From the IMG/VR virus record IMGVR_UViG_3300044680_000280, positions 342,735 to 406,734 of that record: DNA of 64,000 nt; one strand, given 5' to 3'. Below are positions 9,753 to 19,044 of this stretch, in pieces. The position numbers and the translations under genes are program-made. Every line of letters starts with the position of its first letter. The stretch's first letter is position 1. Below the pieces are notes generated by a model that ran no database searches, had not been told where the DNA came from, and saw only the letters and a program-made list of their open reading frames with translations.

Positions 9753-9890
9753 ATGGAGACCGACAACCAGACCAACGAACAGAACGAGCAGACCAACGAA
9801 CAGGAGATGCCTGACGCCGAACCGGAGTTCAAACTCACGGTACGGAAGCTCGAAATGCCCGTGCGACCGCGCGGCGTCCTGGCCGAGTAA
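9753..9890 (+). CDS. 45-aa peptide METDNQTNEQNEQTNEQEMPDAEPEFKLTVRKLEMPVRPRGVLAE
   Basis: below the ORF-track cutoff; translated by hand; followed by a terminator. Confidence 0.65.
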   Translation: METDNQTNEQNEQTNEQEMPDAEPEFKLTVRKLEMPVRPRGVLAE

Positions 9891-9905
9891 CCGACAACCA
9901 AAAAC

Positions 9906-9943
9906 AAACGGGGTGTGGGCCTTAAAAGGTTCACACCCCGTTT
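9906..9943. terminator. bidirectional intrinsic terminator
   Basis: AAACGGGGTGTG...CACACCCCGTTT stem between convergent genes. Confidence 0.75.
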
Positions 9944-9961
9944 CTATTCCATACCGTGGAA

Positions 9962-10312
9962 TCACTCGTCTTCCACGAGGCGTTGCCATAAGGTCGTTCG
10001 TGGCTCGGAAGGGGGCTCCTCAGGGCACGGTTCTTTCGTGAGGGTTAGGAGGTACTTCCAGACAGGACAGTCGTTGTCGTGTCGCCTCTCGTTGGGCATG
10101 ATGCTTTCAGAGTCGAATCCGCAGAACAGACATTCCCCTGCCTGTTCTGCGTACTCAACGGCATCCTGACCGATTTCGGCTCGGGCGATGAGCTCCTCAA
10201 GAACGCTTTCAAATTCATCCCACACCTTCTTGGCGTATTCGGGCGAACTGAGCGCCTGGGTCCTCCTGGCTTTTTTCAGGAGCGCAAGGGCCTCTTCCCC
10301 GGAACAGGGCAT
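9962..10312 (-). CDS. hypothetical protein, CxxC/H-C zinc motif, C-terminal RTTLWQRLVEDE tag
   Basis: TGATG coupling with the upstream gene. Confidence 0.7.
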   Translation of the reverse strand: MPCSGEEALALLKKARRTQALSSPEYAKKVWDEFESVLEELIARAEIGQDAVEYAEQAGECLFCGFDSESIMPNERRHDNDCPVWKYLLTLTKEPCPEEPPSEPRTTLWQRLVEDE

Positions 10313-10599
10313 CAGTTCGCGGCCGTGTTCCGCGGAGAAGCCTCGGGAGTCGGCATGGCGTCGTTGTGTCCCCTGTCCCAAGCTTCAACCTGCTCCATAG
10401 TAGGCTCGCACCCGACCCAAATTCGTTGTGCGTTGTAGGCCGACATGTCGTAGGAGATGGGGTCGACGAGGGCCGCCGTCTCCGCGGCGGCTTCCGTGAG
10501 GGTCTCGAGGATTTCGTCGAGATCGAACTGCTCCTTCTTAAGTTCAGCCTCCACGAGGGCCTTGATGGATCGCTGAAAGTCCGAGAGCTCTCTGGTCAT
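10312..10599 (-). CDS. hypothetical protein
   Basis: class I motif. Confidence 0.7.
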   Translation of the reverse strand: MTRELSDFQRSIKALVEAELKKEQFDLDEILETLTEAAAETAALVDPISYDMSAYNAQRIWVGCEPTMEQVEAWDRGHNDAMPTPEASPRNTAAN

Positions 10600-10679
10600 G
10601 CTCTAAGCGTTACACCGCCCGGAGCCCCGGGGACGAATCTTTTTCGATCTTCCGCTTCCCGTCGGTGTAATGCTAGAGC

Positions 10680-11690
10680 ATGGAGATCACCGAGGTGGAC
10701 GCCATTCGGCTTACTCACTGTGGCCCTATCGCGAAACGGCCCTGTTTCGAATGTGACTTGCCTTGGATCGAACGGACCTGTAAAAAGATCGAGGAAACTG
10801 AGGTCGTAAGTCTTGCTCCGTGGATCGGTCAGACCCTGCAAACGGCCGTCGAGGCAATTATTGCCGACACCTCGAAGAAAAAGGAGTACCTATCCTCCTT
10901 CAATTTGTTGGTTCGGAACGATCGTCATATCGATCGTTCCCCGGACCCGGAGTTTCCCGAACTCGCGGTCAATAAGTATGGGTGGTCGTATAATGTGTCA
11001 CGGGACTATGTCGTCCAAAAAGGAGACGATATTTTACTCTGGGTCAACACTTACTACCACCATTTGTGCAGCAAAAGGCGCGTGGAACGGCTCTATCGCG
11101 AGCAGTTTGAGGGCATTTTCAAGTCGGCTGGAGTAGAAGCAACCCTCACCAGCATTCCCAACGAATACTGCCCATGCGATAATTGCGGACCCTGGTTCAC
11201 GGCTCAAATGCCGTTCGGAACGCTGAAGCTTGGGTGGCGGAAAAGGGTCATCAACATCGATTGGTCTGACACGGGTTTGGACCTACAAGACCTCTTTATC
11301 AATGAGAGCACGACCAAAGGCGCGCATTTCATTCACGCTTGGGGTGTCAAGAAGGCGGTCGAGTACCTACAGTTGATAGTGAAACATATGCCTGCGAACA
11401 ACGACCTCGAAGTGAAGAGACGAGAGATCCTCGCGATCCACTACCACAACGCTTTGCTCCACACGGTCAAGTTGCAAGACGCTTTAAAAAAGGTCGTCAG
11501 TTTACTCGGTAGCCCCGAGGCTACCGCTCAACTATCAGCCTTCTCCGTGGCCAAAGCCGCTCTCGAGAGCACCGTCTCCCCTCCCAACCCTCTTGCCAAC
11601 CTTTATGATCAGGGGTTCCATACGGGTCACTTGTTTCCCGAGTACATGCATCTGCCTATGAGACCGGAAGACCCGTACATCGAGCCTTGA
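10680..11690 (+). CDS. hypothetical phage protein (IPNEYC..PWF..GWRKRVINIDW motif)
   Basis: 336 aa; class I motif. Confidence 0.8.
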   Translation: MEITEVDAIRLTHCGPIAKRPCFECDLPWIERTCKKIEETEVVSLAPWIGQTLQTAVEAIIADTSKKKEYLSSFNLLVRNDRHIDRSPDPEFPELAVNKYGWSYNVSRDYVVQKGDDILLWVNTYYHHLCSKRRVERLYREQFEGIFKSAGVEATLTSIPNEYCPCDNCGPWFTAQMPFGTLKLGWRKRVINIDWSDTGLDLQDLFINESTTKGAHFIHAWGVKKAVEYLQLIVKHMPANNDLEVKRREILAIHYHNALLHTVKLQDALKKVVSLLGSPEATAQLSAFSVAKAALESTVSPPNPLANLYDQGFHTGHLFPEYMHLPMRPEDPYIEP

Positions 11691-11879
11691 CAGTTACGGT
11701 GGGGTGACTTACTCATGTGGTGGGCCCTACCATCGTAGGCCTCATCTCGCTCTGTTCGACCTACCCTCGAACTCACTGCGGGACAAAGAGGGAGATCCTC
11801 GGCGGGGTGCATTTTTCTCTAGTGCGCTGGTCGGTTTCGGGGTGGGCGGGAGCGACCAGTTGCTCGCTGGAGAACGACG

Positions 11880-12878
11880 ATGCCCACCAACAAGAAGAAG
11901 CGAATCCGTGCCCGCATGGCCAAAACGGGTGAGTCCTACGTGACCGCCAAACGCCACGTCGATCCGCCGCCGACCGAAGAGAAACCCCTCGTTGAGGAGC
12001 GGCCCGTTGCCCACTTCAGAGATGAAAAAACTGGGTTGTACTTGGATTCGTATCCGCCCGAAATCACATATGACAACCTGAACGACAAAATGGCCCGAGC
12101 CCCAACCTATGCAACGATAGGTGAGGGTCACGCCCACTACATTTATCAGAAGCACAATGCCCCATTGAGAGTTCGCGAAGATGCCACAAGCTTCGTCGTC
12201 ACTATGTACTATGACTTTGATGAGGCGGCAGCCATTCGAGATCTTTGCAATGTTGGTTGTAATGAAATCCTCATCGTTCGGGACGAAATAGGATCTATCG
12301 GGGGAGCCACGGGAAGCCGCCCCATCATAGCATCTTGGCTCGGTTCGACCGTACAAAGTACAAGTGGTAAGTACTACGACTCCATCGGTGAACTGCAACA
12401 GGTTATCCTGTACTATAAGAGACTCAAGGGAAGCCTCCCCATCGTCGCGATCACGCATCCTAAAGAGCTGCGATGGGAATTCAAAGCTGGAAACCTGTCG
12501 TGGTTTATTAGAGTCTCGACTTTGGTGAAGCACGGCAACAAGGAATCGGTTCTCAGCTCCTACTTCAAGACGGATGAGGGACTGAAGGCTCTCACGTCCT
12601 TGTGGAACAAAGGCTTCGAGCCTGTTACGCCCTTCGTTGAGACTGTGCTTCGCACGAAGGCCCCTACTCCCGAGGTTAACGAACAGGCGGTCGAAATCCT
12701 TGCAAAGTCCGAAGTAGCACGGCTACGGCGTGTTGAAGCTGCGGCTAGGACGTGTCTCGAACAACTTCGAACCCCGAGCTCCACGTACACCCTCAGGGAA
12801 ACCTCACTTGAGTGCATACTCCTTCAGGCGTTCGACGTTCAGGTTCCCCTTCAGAATCAACCGCCACCGACTTCTTGA
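11880..12878 (+). CDS. hypothetical protein with N-terminal KKRIRARMAKTGESY module
   Basis: 332 aa; GGAG RBS; long structured leader. Confidence 0.75.
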   Translation: MPTNKKKRIRARMAKTGESYVTAKRHVDPPPTEEKPLVEERPVAHFRDEKTGLYLDSYPPEITYDNLNDKMARAPTYATIGEGHAHYIYQKHNAPLRVREDATSFVVTMYYDFDEAAAIRDLCNVGCNEILIVRDEIGSIGGATGSRPIIASWLGSTVQSTSGKYYDSIGELQQVILYYKRLKGSLPIVAITHPKELRWEFKAGNLSWFIRVSTLVKHGNKESVLSSYFKTDEGLKALTSLWNKGFEPVTPFVETVLRTKAPTPEVNEQAVEILAKSEVARLRRVEAAARTCLEQLRTPSSTYTLRETSLECILLQAFDVQVPLQNQPPPTS

Positions 12879-12907
12879 ATTTTAGGCCTTTTGGTGTAAG
12901 GTAGAGG

Positions 12908-13564
12908 ATGACCGCGTACTTCGACAAGAAGGGCATCGACCTGGCGAACATGGAGAGGTCGCTGAAAAACGGCGTCCTCTCTCTGACAGCCTTCGGGACG
13001 CAGATCGACGAACTCGAGCAGGAACTCGTCTGGGATGTCACGATCGCAACAGAGTTCCCTGGGTTCCCGCCAGACCTAGCAACCGAGGTCAATGAGGCCA
13101 TCCTCAAACGTGGCACGGTGACTCAACCCCTCAACGCCTCTCGCCCGTCGTTCGAGACAGTGGAAGATCACGTGTACAACTTGTCGTCTCTTGTCGGAGA
13201 CTTCCACTCAATCTTCCACAAAGTCTCACAGCGCAAGATTGTCGGGTTCTCCGACGATCCTCGGAGCCCGCTCCGAGTCCTCTACGCGAAGTCCGAGGAA
13301 AAACGGGAAATGATGGTCGAGAGGAAAAACAGGGACGCCAAAATCAAGGAGCTTTACGTCCAACGCCGCCCCTTGACTCGAAAGAAGCGCCTCAAGGGTC
13401 ATTTGTCCGAAAAAGACGCTGCTGACCTCGCTCGAATTGAGAGAGAGATCAATGACCTACAGATGTTGGAGGCGGCGGCCCAACCTCCGTTCGCGAACGT
13501 TCTCATAGAGGCGCTGGAAGACTTGAACAAGACGATGGAGCTTCACTTTCGGGTCAAATCTTGA
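12908..13564 (+). CDS. hypothetical coiled-coil protein
   Basis: class I motif. Confidence 0.75.
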   Translation: MTAYFDKKGIDLANMERSLKNGVLSLTAFGTQIDELEQELVWDVTIATEFPGFPPDLATEVNEAILKRGTVTQPLNASRPSFETVEDHVYNLSSLVGDFHSIFHKVSQRKIVGFSDDPRSPLRVLYAKSEEKREMMVERKNRDAKIKELYVQRRPLTRKKRLKGHLSEKDAADLARIEREINDLQMLEAAAQPPFANVLIEALEDLNKTMELHFRVKS

Positions 13565-13610
13565 GTCGATTTTTTCTTGCATCCGGGTTCCGATGGTGTA
13601 TAACTTTGAT

Positions 13611-13748
13611 GTGCGCCTGGAGCCGGGACACTGATGGCCCGACTCAGCCGCAGTTACGTGAGTAAGGAGAGCCCTCGAGCCTAGTCCAACAGGGGGTGTT
13701 GTGGGGTCGGGTTAGCTACCCGAATGATTCGGATTCCCCAGTCCGCAC
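13611..13748 (+). ncRNA. candidate rod-shaped small RNA of unknown family
   Basis: TTGCAT-N16-TATAAC/GGTGTA promoter; 5'/3' ends pair (GUGCG/CGCAC, CUGG/CCAG, CCCGACUC/GGGUCGGG); terminator follows. Confidence 0.6.
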
Positions 13749-13789
13749 GGCCGCCGCCCTTGGATCCAGGACGGCGGCCGTTTCTTTTT
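13748..13789 (+). terminator. intrinsic terminator
   Basis: CGGCCGCCG...CGGCGGCCG stem followed by TTTCTTTTT. Confidence 0.8.
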
Positions 13790-13825
13790 GGTTCCTCTCA
13801 CGTCTCTTCGGTGTAGCTACTCAGA

Positions 13826-14356
13826 ATGCCCTCAGAGATCAGCAAGAAGTACACGCCCAAAACCACTCCGGAGAAACTGGGCTACCTCGTAGAGGAGTGT
13901 GGAGAAACCCTCGCGGCAGTGGGCAAAACTCTTCGGTGGGGGTTGGAGAGCTACAATCCCGAGCTCCCCGTCGCTGAGCGGGAAACAAACCGTGATTGGA
14001 TCCTGCGGGAGATTCACGACCTCGAGCGGGCGATCACCCTCGTCCGAGAGGCCCTTACAAAAGTCCGGGTCACCTACGACCACAAGAGTGACGTCCTCTA
14101 CGTGAAGAATACGGAGACGGACATCTACAGCAGTCAGGAGCTCCCGGACGACACCTTCGTCATTGTGAACCGAGACTACCACGGGAATCCCGTTGGTCTC
14201 CAAGTCCTCGAAGCGAGCAAGACGACCACGGCTTGGCACCTCTACGAGAAGGCTATTCCCAAATACTTGTTTGTCGCGGTCTCCGATTGGATCAGTCGGC
14301 TCGGTACTCGAGCCGAACTCATCGGTCATTTAGTACAAGGAGAGGAAAAGTCATGA
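13826..14356 (+). CDS. MazG-like NTP-pyrophosphatase domain fused to DUF2283-like domain
   Basis: LVEECGE..AVGK..RWG..REIHDL, then VTYDHKSDVLYV..GNPVGLQVL. Confidence 0.55.
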   Translation: MPSEISKKYTPKTTPEKLGYLVEECGETLAAVGKTLRWGLESYNPELPVAERETNRDWILREIHDLERAITLVREALTKVRVTYDHKSDVLYVKNTETDIYSSQELPDDTFVIVNRDYHGNPVGLQVLEASKTTTAWHLYEKAIPKYLFVAVSDWISRLGTRAELIGHLVQGEEKS

Positions 14357-15309
14357 ACATGGCCGAACTAGAGTTACGGTTGCGCCGCCAATTTTCCATC
14401 GACGCTGGGGAAGCCCTTGTCGACTACATGAACGCCACCGTGGTGAGTAAACTTCAAGCGCTCAATGTCATCTGTCGGCACAGCATCTGTCCGCCCGGGG
14501 CTTGCGGCCCCTGTTACGACGATAGAGAGTGGCAGGATGAAGTCGCACGAGCCTCTTACGGTAACTTCTGTCCCCAATGTGGGGCAAAAATGCCCGGTCA
14601 GCACGAACTGTCCTGCATGTATGTGTTACCGGCCGATGAGTGTGTTGACGCACTGGTCGATGAGGGCGTTAACGTGCCCACGCCACCTTCTTCCGAGTCT
14701 GAAGATTCGCGCGACCACCTCATCGACGATCTCAGTCGCCAACTCACCGAAATGACCGAACGTTACTCGATGGCAATGGGGCCCGGTTCATCGTTTGCCG
14801 TCGTCAACCACTTTGAGCGGGCTAAAGAGCTCCTCGGCGCCGGTCAGGAATTCATCGACGAAGCCGTCGAACGGGTTCTCAAGGCTCGACAAGAACGGGA
14901 AGCTGCCCTCGAAGCCGAACTCGCTGAGGCAAAGAAGGACCGCGACACCCTACGAGACCGTGCGGTCGAAGCTCTACAGCAAAGGGATCGAGCCCGGGAT
15001 GAAACGGACGCTATTCGAAAGGAGCTGAACGCCCTTAAAGACCAGGGACCATTTGTGCGTTCCGTCAAAAAATCGCCCAAATCTGACACGTACCGCGTCC
15101 CCCGAGCAAAGTGCATCACGTGTGATACGGAATTGAGTTTCCGCCAACACCTTCCCGCCGTACCCGAGTCTCCTGAAGACCCACCCGGGCCGGCTTTCAA
15201 TGTTTTCGTTCACACCGACCCCTGTTCGCAAGGATGGGTGTGTCCAGCCGGGGGAAAGATCATCGGGGCGAATGGATTGGTGCGTTTAAACGAAGCGCCG
15301 ATGCCCTAG
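14353..15309 (+). CDS. zinc-motif plus coiled-coil hypothetical protein
   Basis: ATGA overlap; CPQCG and heptad region. Confidence 0.7.
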   Translation: MNMAELELRLRRQFSIDAGEALVDYMNATVVSKLQALNVICRHSICPPGACGPCYDDREWQDEVARASYGNFCPQCGAKMPGQHELSCMYVLPADECVDALVDEGVNVPTPPSSESEDSRDHLIDDLSRQLTEMTERYSMAMGPGSSFAVVNHFERAKELLGAGQEFIDEAVERVLKARQEREAALEAELAEAKKDRDTLRDRAVEALQQRDRARDETDAIRKELNALKDQGPFVRSVKKSPKSDTYRVPRAKCITCDTELSFRQHLPAVPESPEDPPGPAFNVFVHTDPCSQGWVCPAGGKIIGANGLVRLNEAPMP

Positions 15310-15563
15310 CCGTTCCATGTTGTCCGCTTTAGCCATTGCTCGCGCTGCCAATCGGGACCCGTGGTGACGGTAGCTTGGCGATCCCGTAGAGTCTTCTCCC
15401 CAAGAGCGGCGACCTCGAGCTTGTCCGCAATGCGATCTAGCTCGATGGCGGCCTGCCTAGGATTGAACCCTAAGGGCTTGGTCAAAAGGCGGTGTCTCAG
15501 GCTGTCAAGTTCCCGAAGAACCGTGTTCACGTCCGTCACTTTGAAATTCTGCTGAAAAGGCAT
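15306..15563 (-). CDS. hypothetical protein
   Basis: GAGGG upstream of ATG 15563. Confidence 0.55.
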   Translation of the reverse strand: MPFQQNFKVTDVNTVLRELDSLRHRLLTKPLGFNPRQAAIELDRIADKLEVAALGEKTLRDRQATVTTGPDWQREQWLKRTTWNG

Positions 15564-15599
15564 AGCGCGACCCTCATTCGTCCGGTGTACTACTGTAGG

Positions 15600-15815
15600 A
15601 TGAGAGTTCTCTGGTGCTCGTGCCAATGGCAGGTACAACTTTTCAGTAGGGTGTGGACAATTCGTAGCCCTCTCTGTCAGGCTCACGGGTGGAAGTCCCT
15701 TCACCGCTGGCACCGACTGGGGCCCAAGAAGCGGTCTGTCCTGGCTCCAAAGAGCATCCTTCGGAGCCTCGGAACGGAGCGTCTCAAAAAGGCATTGGAT
15801 CCGACGAAGCCCTGA
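15600..15815 (+). CDS. small basic hypothetical protein
   Basis: class I motif 10 nt upstream. Confidence 0.5.
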   Translation: MRVLWCSCQWQVQLFSRVWTIRSPLCQAHGWKSLHRWHRLGPKKRSVLAPKSILRSLGTERLKKALDPTKP

Positions 15816-16296
15816 CCCGGAGGCGAACCTCGTTTGCCTCTTTCAGCGAAAAAAGCCTCAGATCGGTGATGTTCTGTGGGCGTTCGGTCGCCAAACGCGA
15901 CACGAACGCCCGTACCGCCATCCCGATCTTTTTGTCCTGCTCCTCGAGTGACGGATCCAAGTGCACCCACGGGCCGTCGAACAGGTAAACATGCCCAAAG
16001 ATTTTGGGCGGCTCATCCGAATTCCACGCACGGTACTCGACGAAAGCGTCCGGCTCCTTACCGCGGCAATACTCCTCTTGGGCTTCCGTCAGAATCCGTT
16101 CGGTCTCCTCCTCGGTGTCCATGTAGTTACGCCAAGCGCCCGTGAGGATCGACTGGATCTCTCCGTCAACGTAACGGACGAGTTGGTCTCGGTTGGGTCC
16201 GTTCCACTGTCGTCCGCCGTTAGCCACGTTGCCGATCCCAGCGGCGAGGTAGTTCGTGATGGCGACAACGATCTGGTCGATTTTTTTGGGTTCCAT
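15784..16296 (-). CDS. hypothetical protein
   Basis: class I motif. Confidence 0.7.
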   Translation of the reverse strand: MEPKKIDQIVVAITNYLAAGIGNVANGGRQWNGPNRDQLVRYVDGEIQSILTGAWRNYMDTEEETERILTEAQEEYCRGKEPDAFVEYRAWNSDEPPKIFGHVYLFDGPWVHLDPSLEEQDKKIGMAVRAFVSRLATERPQNITDLRLFSLKEANEVRLRVRASSDPMPF

Positions 16297-16340
16297 TTGA
16301 CCATAGTACACCGGTCGTGAGTGGTGTAATCCTAGAAGGT

Positions 16341-16658
16341 ATGGCTTACGATGCGGACACCGTCACGGCTCAGGTGGCTCCTCAGTTGGACCGTCTGTTC
16401 GCCCCCTGGCGGGTAGGTCGACCCGATGGGTGGATTCCCGACCCACGAACGAAGGAACTCGTCTGCATCGGTCTGTGGCTCCGTGAGGAACTCACCCGTC
16501 TAGGACTATCCGATACGGACCGTAAGACGCAGGAAGGCTACTATCATCGGCACAGCCGTAGCGACGAGAACCTTTACGAGCTTGCTGCCAAGGTTCTCAA
16601 TGATGCGGTCGCTGGGGATATTCCTCAGAATCGCAAACCTCATCGACGGTGGGGCTGA
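16341..16658 (+). CDS. hypothetical protein
   Basis: class I motif. Confidence 0.7.
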   Translation: MAYDADTVTAQVAPQLDRLFAPWRVGRPDGWIPDPRTKELVCIGLWLREELTRLGLSDTDRKTQEGYYHRHSRSDENLYELAAKVLNDAVAGDIPQNRKPHRRWG

Positions 16659-16660
16659 CC

Positions 16661-16873
16661 TCAGTCCTTGTCGTTGATGCGATAGAGGTTGATGTAGACG
16701 TTGTCCTTCCACGAGATCACGGCGCAAGGATCGAGTTGAATCGAGATTCCTTGCTCGTCTTCCCAAGCCGCACCGATTCGGTGAAAACGTTTCGCTTCTT
16801 TATCCCCTTTGTCTCCCGTCGGCTTGACCTTTACGGTCATGATGTAGTCCGGTTTTCTCGACGCGTTTGCCAT
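16661..16873 (-). CDS. small beta-rich protein (RIGAAW motif, DUF736-like)
   Basis: class II promoter; RIGAAWEDEQGISIQLD. Confidence 0.6.
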   Translation of the reverse strand: MANASRKPDYIMTVKVKPTGDKGDKEAKRFHRIGAAWEDEQGISIQLDPCAVISWKDNVYINLYRINDKD

Positions 16874-17054
16874 GAGTCGAATACAACGCAGGTAGTCGAA
16901 AGGTTCAAGAGTACGTGGCTAGGAGATTTTGCACAGGAGCTTGTTGGCTCCGTACAAGCCAGAGTAGGTCTGTCTCGGCGTACCGAGCATTCGTTTGAAG
17001 TGTAAGGTCGATGCTTACACGAGCACTTCCCCGCCACACCCCGCGCAACGTTTG

Positions 17055-17360
17055 TCAGGCATCCGGATTAGATACCTCAGACTTGAGTTTCGTCAAGAGT
17101 CGCTCGATTCCGAGGGCGATGTTGTCGTAAATGGGGCGCCTCATCGCTGGGTGCGGGGCGGTCCGACCGTTTTTCCAACGTTCGAAACTCGACACGCTCA
17201 AACCGAACCGTACTCTGAGGACCTTCTCCTCGTCAAATACCCTCAGTTCTACCATCCGGTTGATAAGTTCTCGAAAAGTATCAGAGCTGTGCGTGGGGGC
17301 CGCCTTCAGATCCTCCATGAGTTTCGTGAGTTCTGCGATACGGTTGGACACGGTAAACAT
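17055..17360 (-). CDS. XRE-like helix-turn-helix protein
   Basis: FGLSVSSFERWKNGRTAPHP. Confidence 0.6.
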   Translation of the reverse strand: MFTVSNRIAELTKLMEDLKAAPTHSSDTFRELINRMVELRVFDEEKVLRVRFGLSVSSFERWKNGRTAPHPAMRRPIYDNIALGIERLLTKLKSEVSNPDA

Positions 17361-17417
17361 TCTACTACACCAAGATTCTCGATGAGTCAAGACCTCAGCC
17401 GGTGTAACCTGGGAACT

Positions 17418-18152
17418 ATGGGCAACCCGCAAGACCGCATCATTTTCGCTTTGGACCTTCCCACCTACAAGGAAGCCGCCGGTTACGTTTCCGCTCTGCG
17501 GGAACACGTCGGCTGCTTCAAGGTGGGGCTCGAGCTTTTTATGGTTGATGGCCCTTTAATGGTTCACCATATTCAACACGTACACAAAAGGTCGGTCATG
17601 CTCGACCTGAAGTTTCACGATATCCCTGAAACCGTTGCGCGAGCCCTCGTCCAGGCGGGGGATATGGGCGTGCGGTTCGCCACGATTCACGTGCAGCAAA
17701 GAGCAACGATGAAGAAGGCTGTCACGGTGGCAAAGCAGTACGGCATCCAACTCCTCGCCGTGACAGTTCTGACGTCGATGACGGACGATGACCTTTTCGA
17801 CCTGGATATGTCGCCGCCGTTCCTTGGTTTTTTCCCCGGTGGAGTATCGAACCGTGTCGAACGTCTGGCAAAGCTTGCCTGGTCGGAGGGTGTCACGGGC
17901 TTCGTTTGCTCTCCCATGGAGGTGAAGCGGCTCCGTAACAGTTTGCCCAATGCTGTCCTCGTGACCCCAGGAGTGCGTCCCGCGGGTAGTGATGTCGGAG
18001 ACCAAAAACGAATCGGGACGCCGTCTCAAGCTATTTCTGACGGAGCAAACTACATCGTCGTAGGTCGTCCGATTCGAGATGCCGCCGATCCTGTCGCCGC
18101 CGCGGCTCTGATCGCAAAAGAGATCGACTTCGACTTGGTGGACTCCCCTTGA
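17418..18152 (+). CDS. pyrF: orotidine-5'-phosphate decarboxylase
   Basis: IFALD, FKVGLELF, LDLKFHDIPETV, VTVLTS, VTPGVRP, DQKR, VVGRPI; class I motif sets the start. Confidence 0.96.
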   Translation: MGNPQDRIIFALDLPTYKEAAGYVSALREHVGCFKVGLELFMVDGPLMVHHIQHVHKRSVMLDLKFHDIPETVARALVQAGDMGVRFATIHVQQRATMKKAVTVAKQYGIQLLAVTVLTSMTDDDLFDLDMSPPFLGFFPGGVSNRVERLAKLAWSEGVTGFVCSPMEVKRLRNSLPNAVLVTPGVRPAGSDVGDQKRIGTPSQAISDGANYIVVGRPIRDAADPVAAAALIAKEIDFDLVDSP

Positions 18153-18186
18153 CGTGTTCCCCGGACGGGGTAGGATTCGAGCCACC

Positions 18187-18297
18187 ATGAAACAAGAAAG
18201 CTCCGAAACCGTTCTAAACATCGTCATTACGACCGCCCTTCTCGCCCTCGGGGTGGCGTTCATCATCGGTTCTTACCAAGGGTGGCTCACGCAGTAA
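18187..18297 (+). CDS. 36-aa single-pass membrane peptide
   Basis: TTGACG...TAGGAT sigma70-like promoter; MKQESSETVLNIVITTALLALGVAFIIGSYQGWLTQ. Confidence 0.5.
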   Translation: MKQESSETVLNIVITTALLALGVAFIIGSYQGWLTQ

Positions 18298-18350
18298 GGT
18301 TGAACCGACCGCCCTTCCGTGTTGTACTCCCGTTAAAGGACGAGCGAACC

Positions 18351-18695
18351 GTGGCGAACAAGATCAAATGGGCGTGCCCCAGGTGCGGCGCTCCGGCAAA
18401 CGAACACGGTAAGGGTGGTCACGACACATGCCACTCTCATAAGCGCGGTGCGGATCCCAACAACGCATGCATGGGGTTCATCTGCGATTGCGACTGGGAG
18501 ACCGGACCTGAGCACGGAGAATCCTACCAGGATCCGTGCGAGGAAGCTTACTGCTACCATTGCGGATGGGGTGGCACGTTTCCCGAGAAGCCGAAGGGTC
18601 TCCAGTCGTGGGAAAAGAAAGCCCTTGATGCAGGGTGGACGATGCCCGAAGCTCGTATGGCAGAACTCGGGCTCGCCACGGAAAAGAAGAAGTAA
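18351..18695 (+). CDS. Cys/His-rich zinc-binding protein
   Basis: class II promoter; multiple CxxC. Confidence 0.7.
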   Translation: MANKIKWACPRCGAPANEHGKGGHDTCHSHKRGADPNNACMGFICDCDWETGPEHGESYQDPCEEAYCYHCGWGGTFPEKPKGLQSWEKKALDAGWTMPEARMAELGLATEKKK

Positions 18696-18699
18696 CCCC

Positions 18700-18987
18700 A
18701 TGTCCGTCTTTGTCACGAAAGGCATGCGAATTCGAGCCAAGTGGTTCGAGGCTCGCCTGGAGTCCCTCTCTGGAGGAGTGCCCAAGGTCGGAGCCGTCGA
18801 AAAGGTGGTGACGGGCGTCGTCCGTCACGTTCGTGGAGATCATCCGACGGATCCGAAGACGGTTCGGGTCTACGTGGAGTCGGAGGACGGACTTGGCGTT
18901 CCGTGTGGCCGCTGTCAGGTTCGCGAGATGGAGATTCACCCAGAACACATCGTCGAGGTACTCAATTCCCGGACTGTCGTCGGCTAA
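18700..18987 (+). CDS. SH3-like small protein
   Basis: follows the previous gene; VTKGMRIRAK..IHPEHIVEVL. Confidence 0.6.
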   Translation: MSVFVTKGMRIRAKWFEARLESLSGGVPKVGAVEKVVTGVVRHVRGDHPTDPKTVRVYVESEDGLGVPCGRCQVREMEIHPEHIVEVLNSRTVVG

Positions 18988-19044
18988 GTACCCGCCAAAC
19001 GAACGCGGCGCCGAGGATCGCTCCGATGATTGTCGCTGCTTTGA

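Noticed and set aside
11742-12533. Long antisense ORFs (e.g. 11742..12533, 17556..18266, 22333..23037)
   Set aside because: Shadow frames of better-supported opposite-strand genes in GC-rich DNA.
13611-13748. SRP RNA, tmRNA or hammerhead identity for the structured RNA
   Set aside because: Lacks the SRP domain IV GGAA loop consensus, tRNA-like ends and the CUGAUGA/GAAA core.
16995-17417. Long N-terminal extension of PyrF given by the ORF track (similarly nadA, ASCH, EVE)
   Set aside because: Homology and the promoter motif both start at the later ATG; the extension overlaps an opposite-strand gene.
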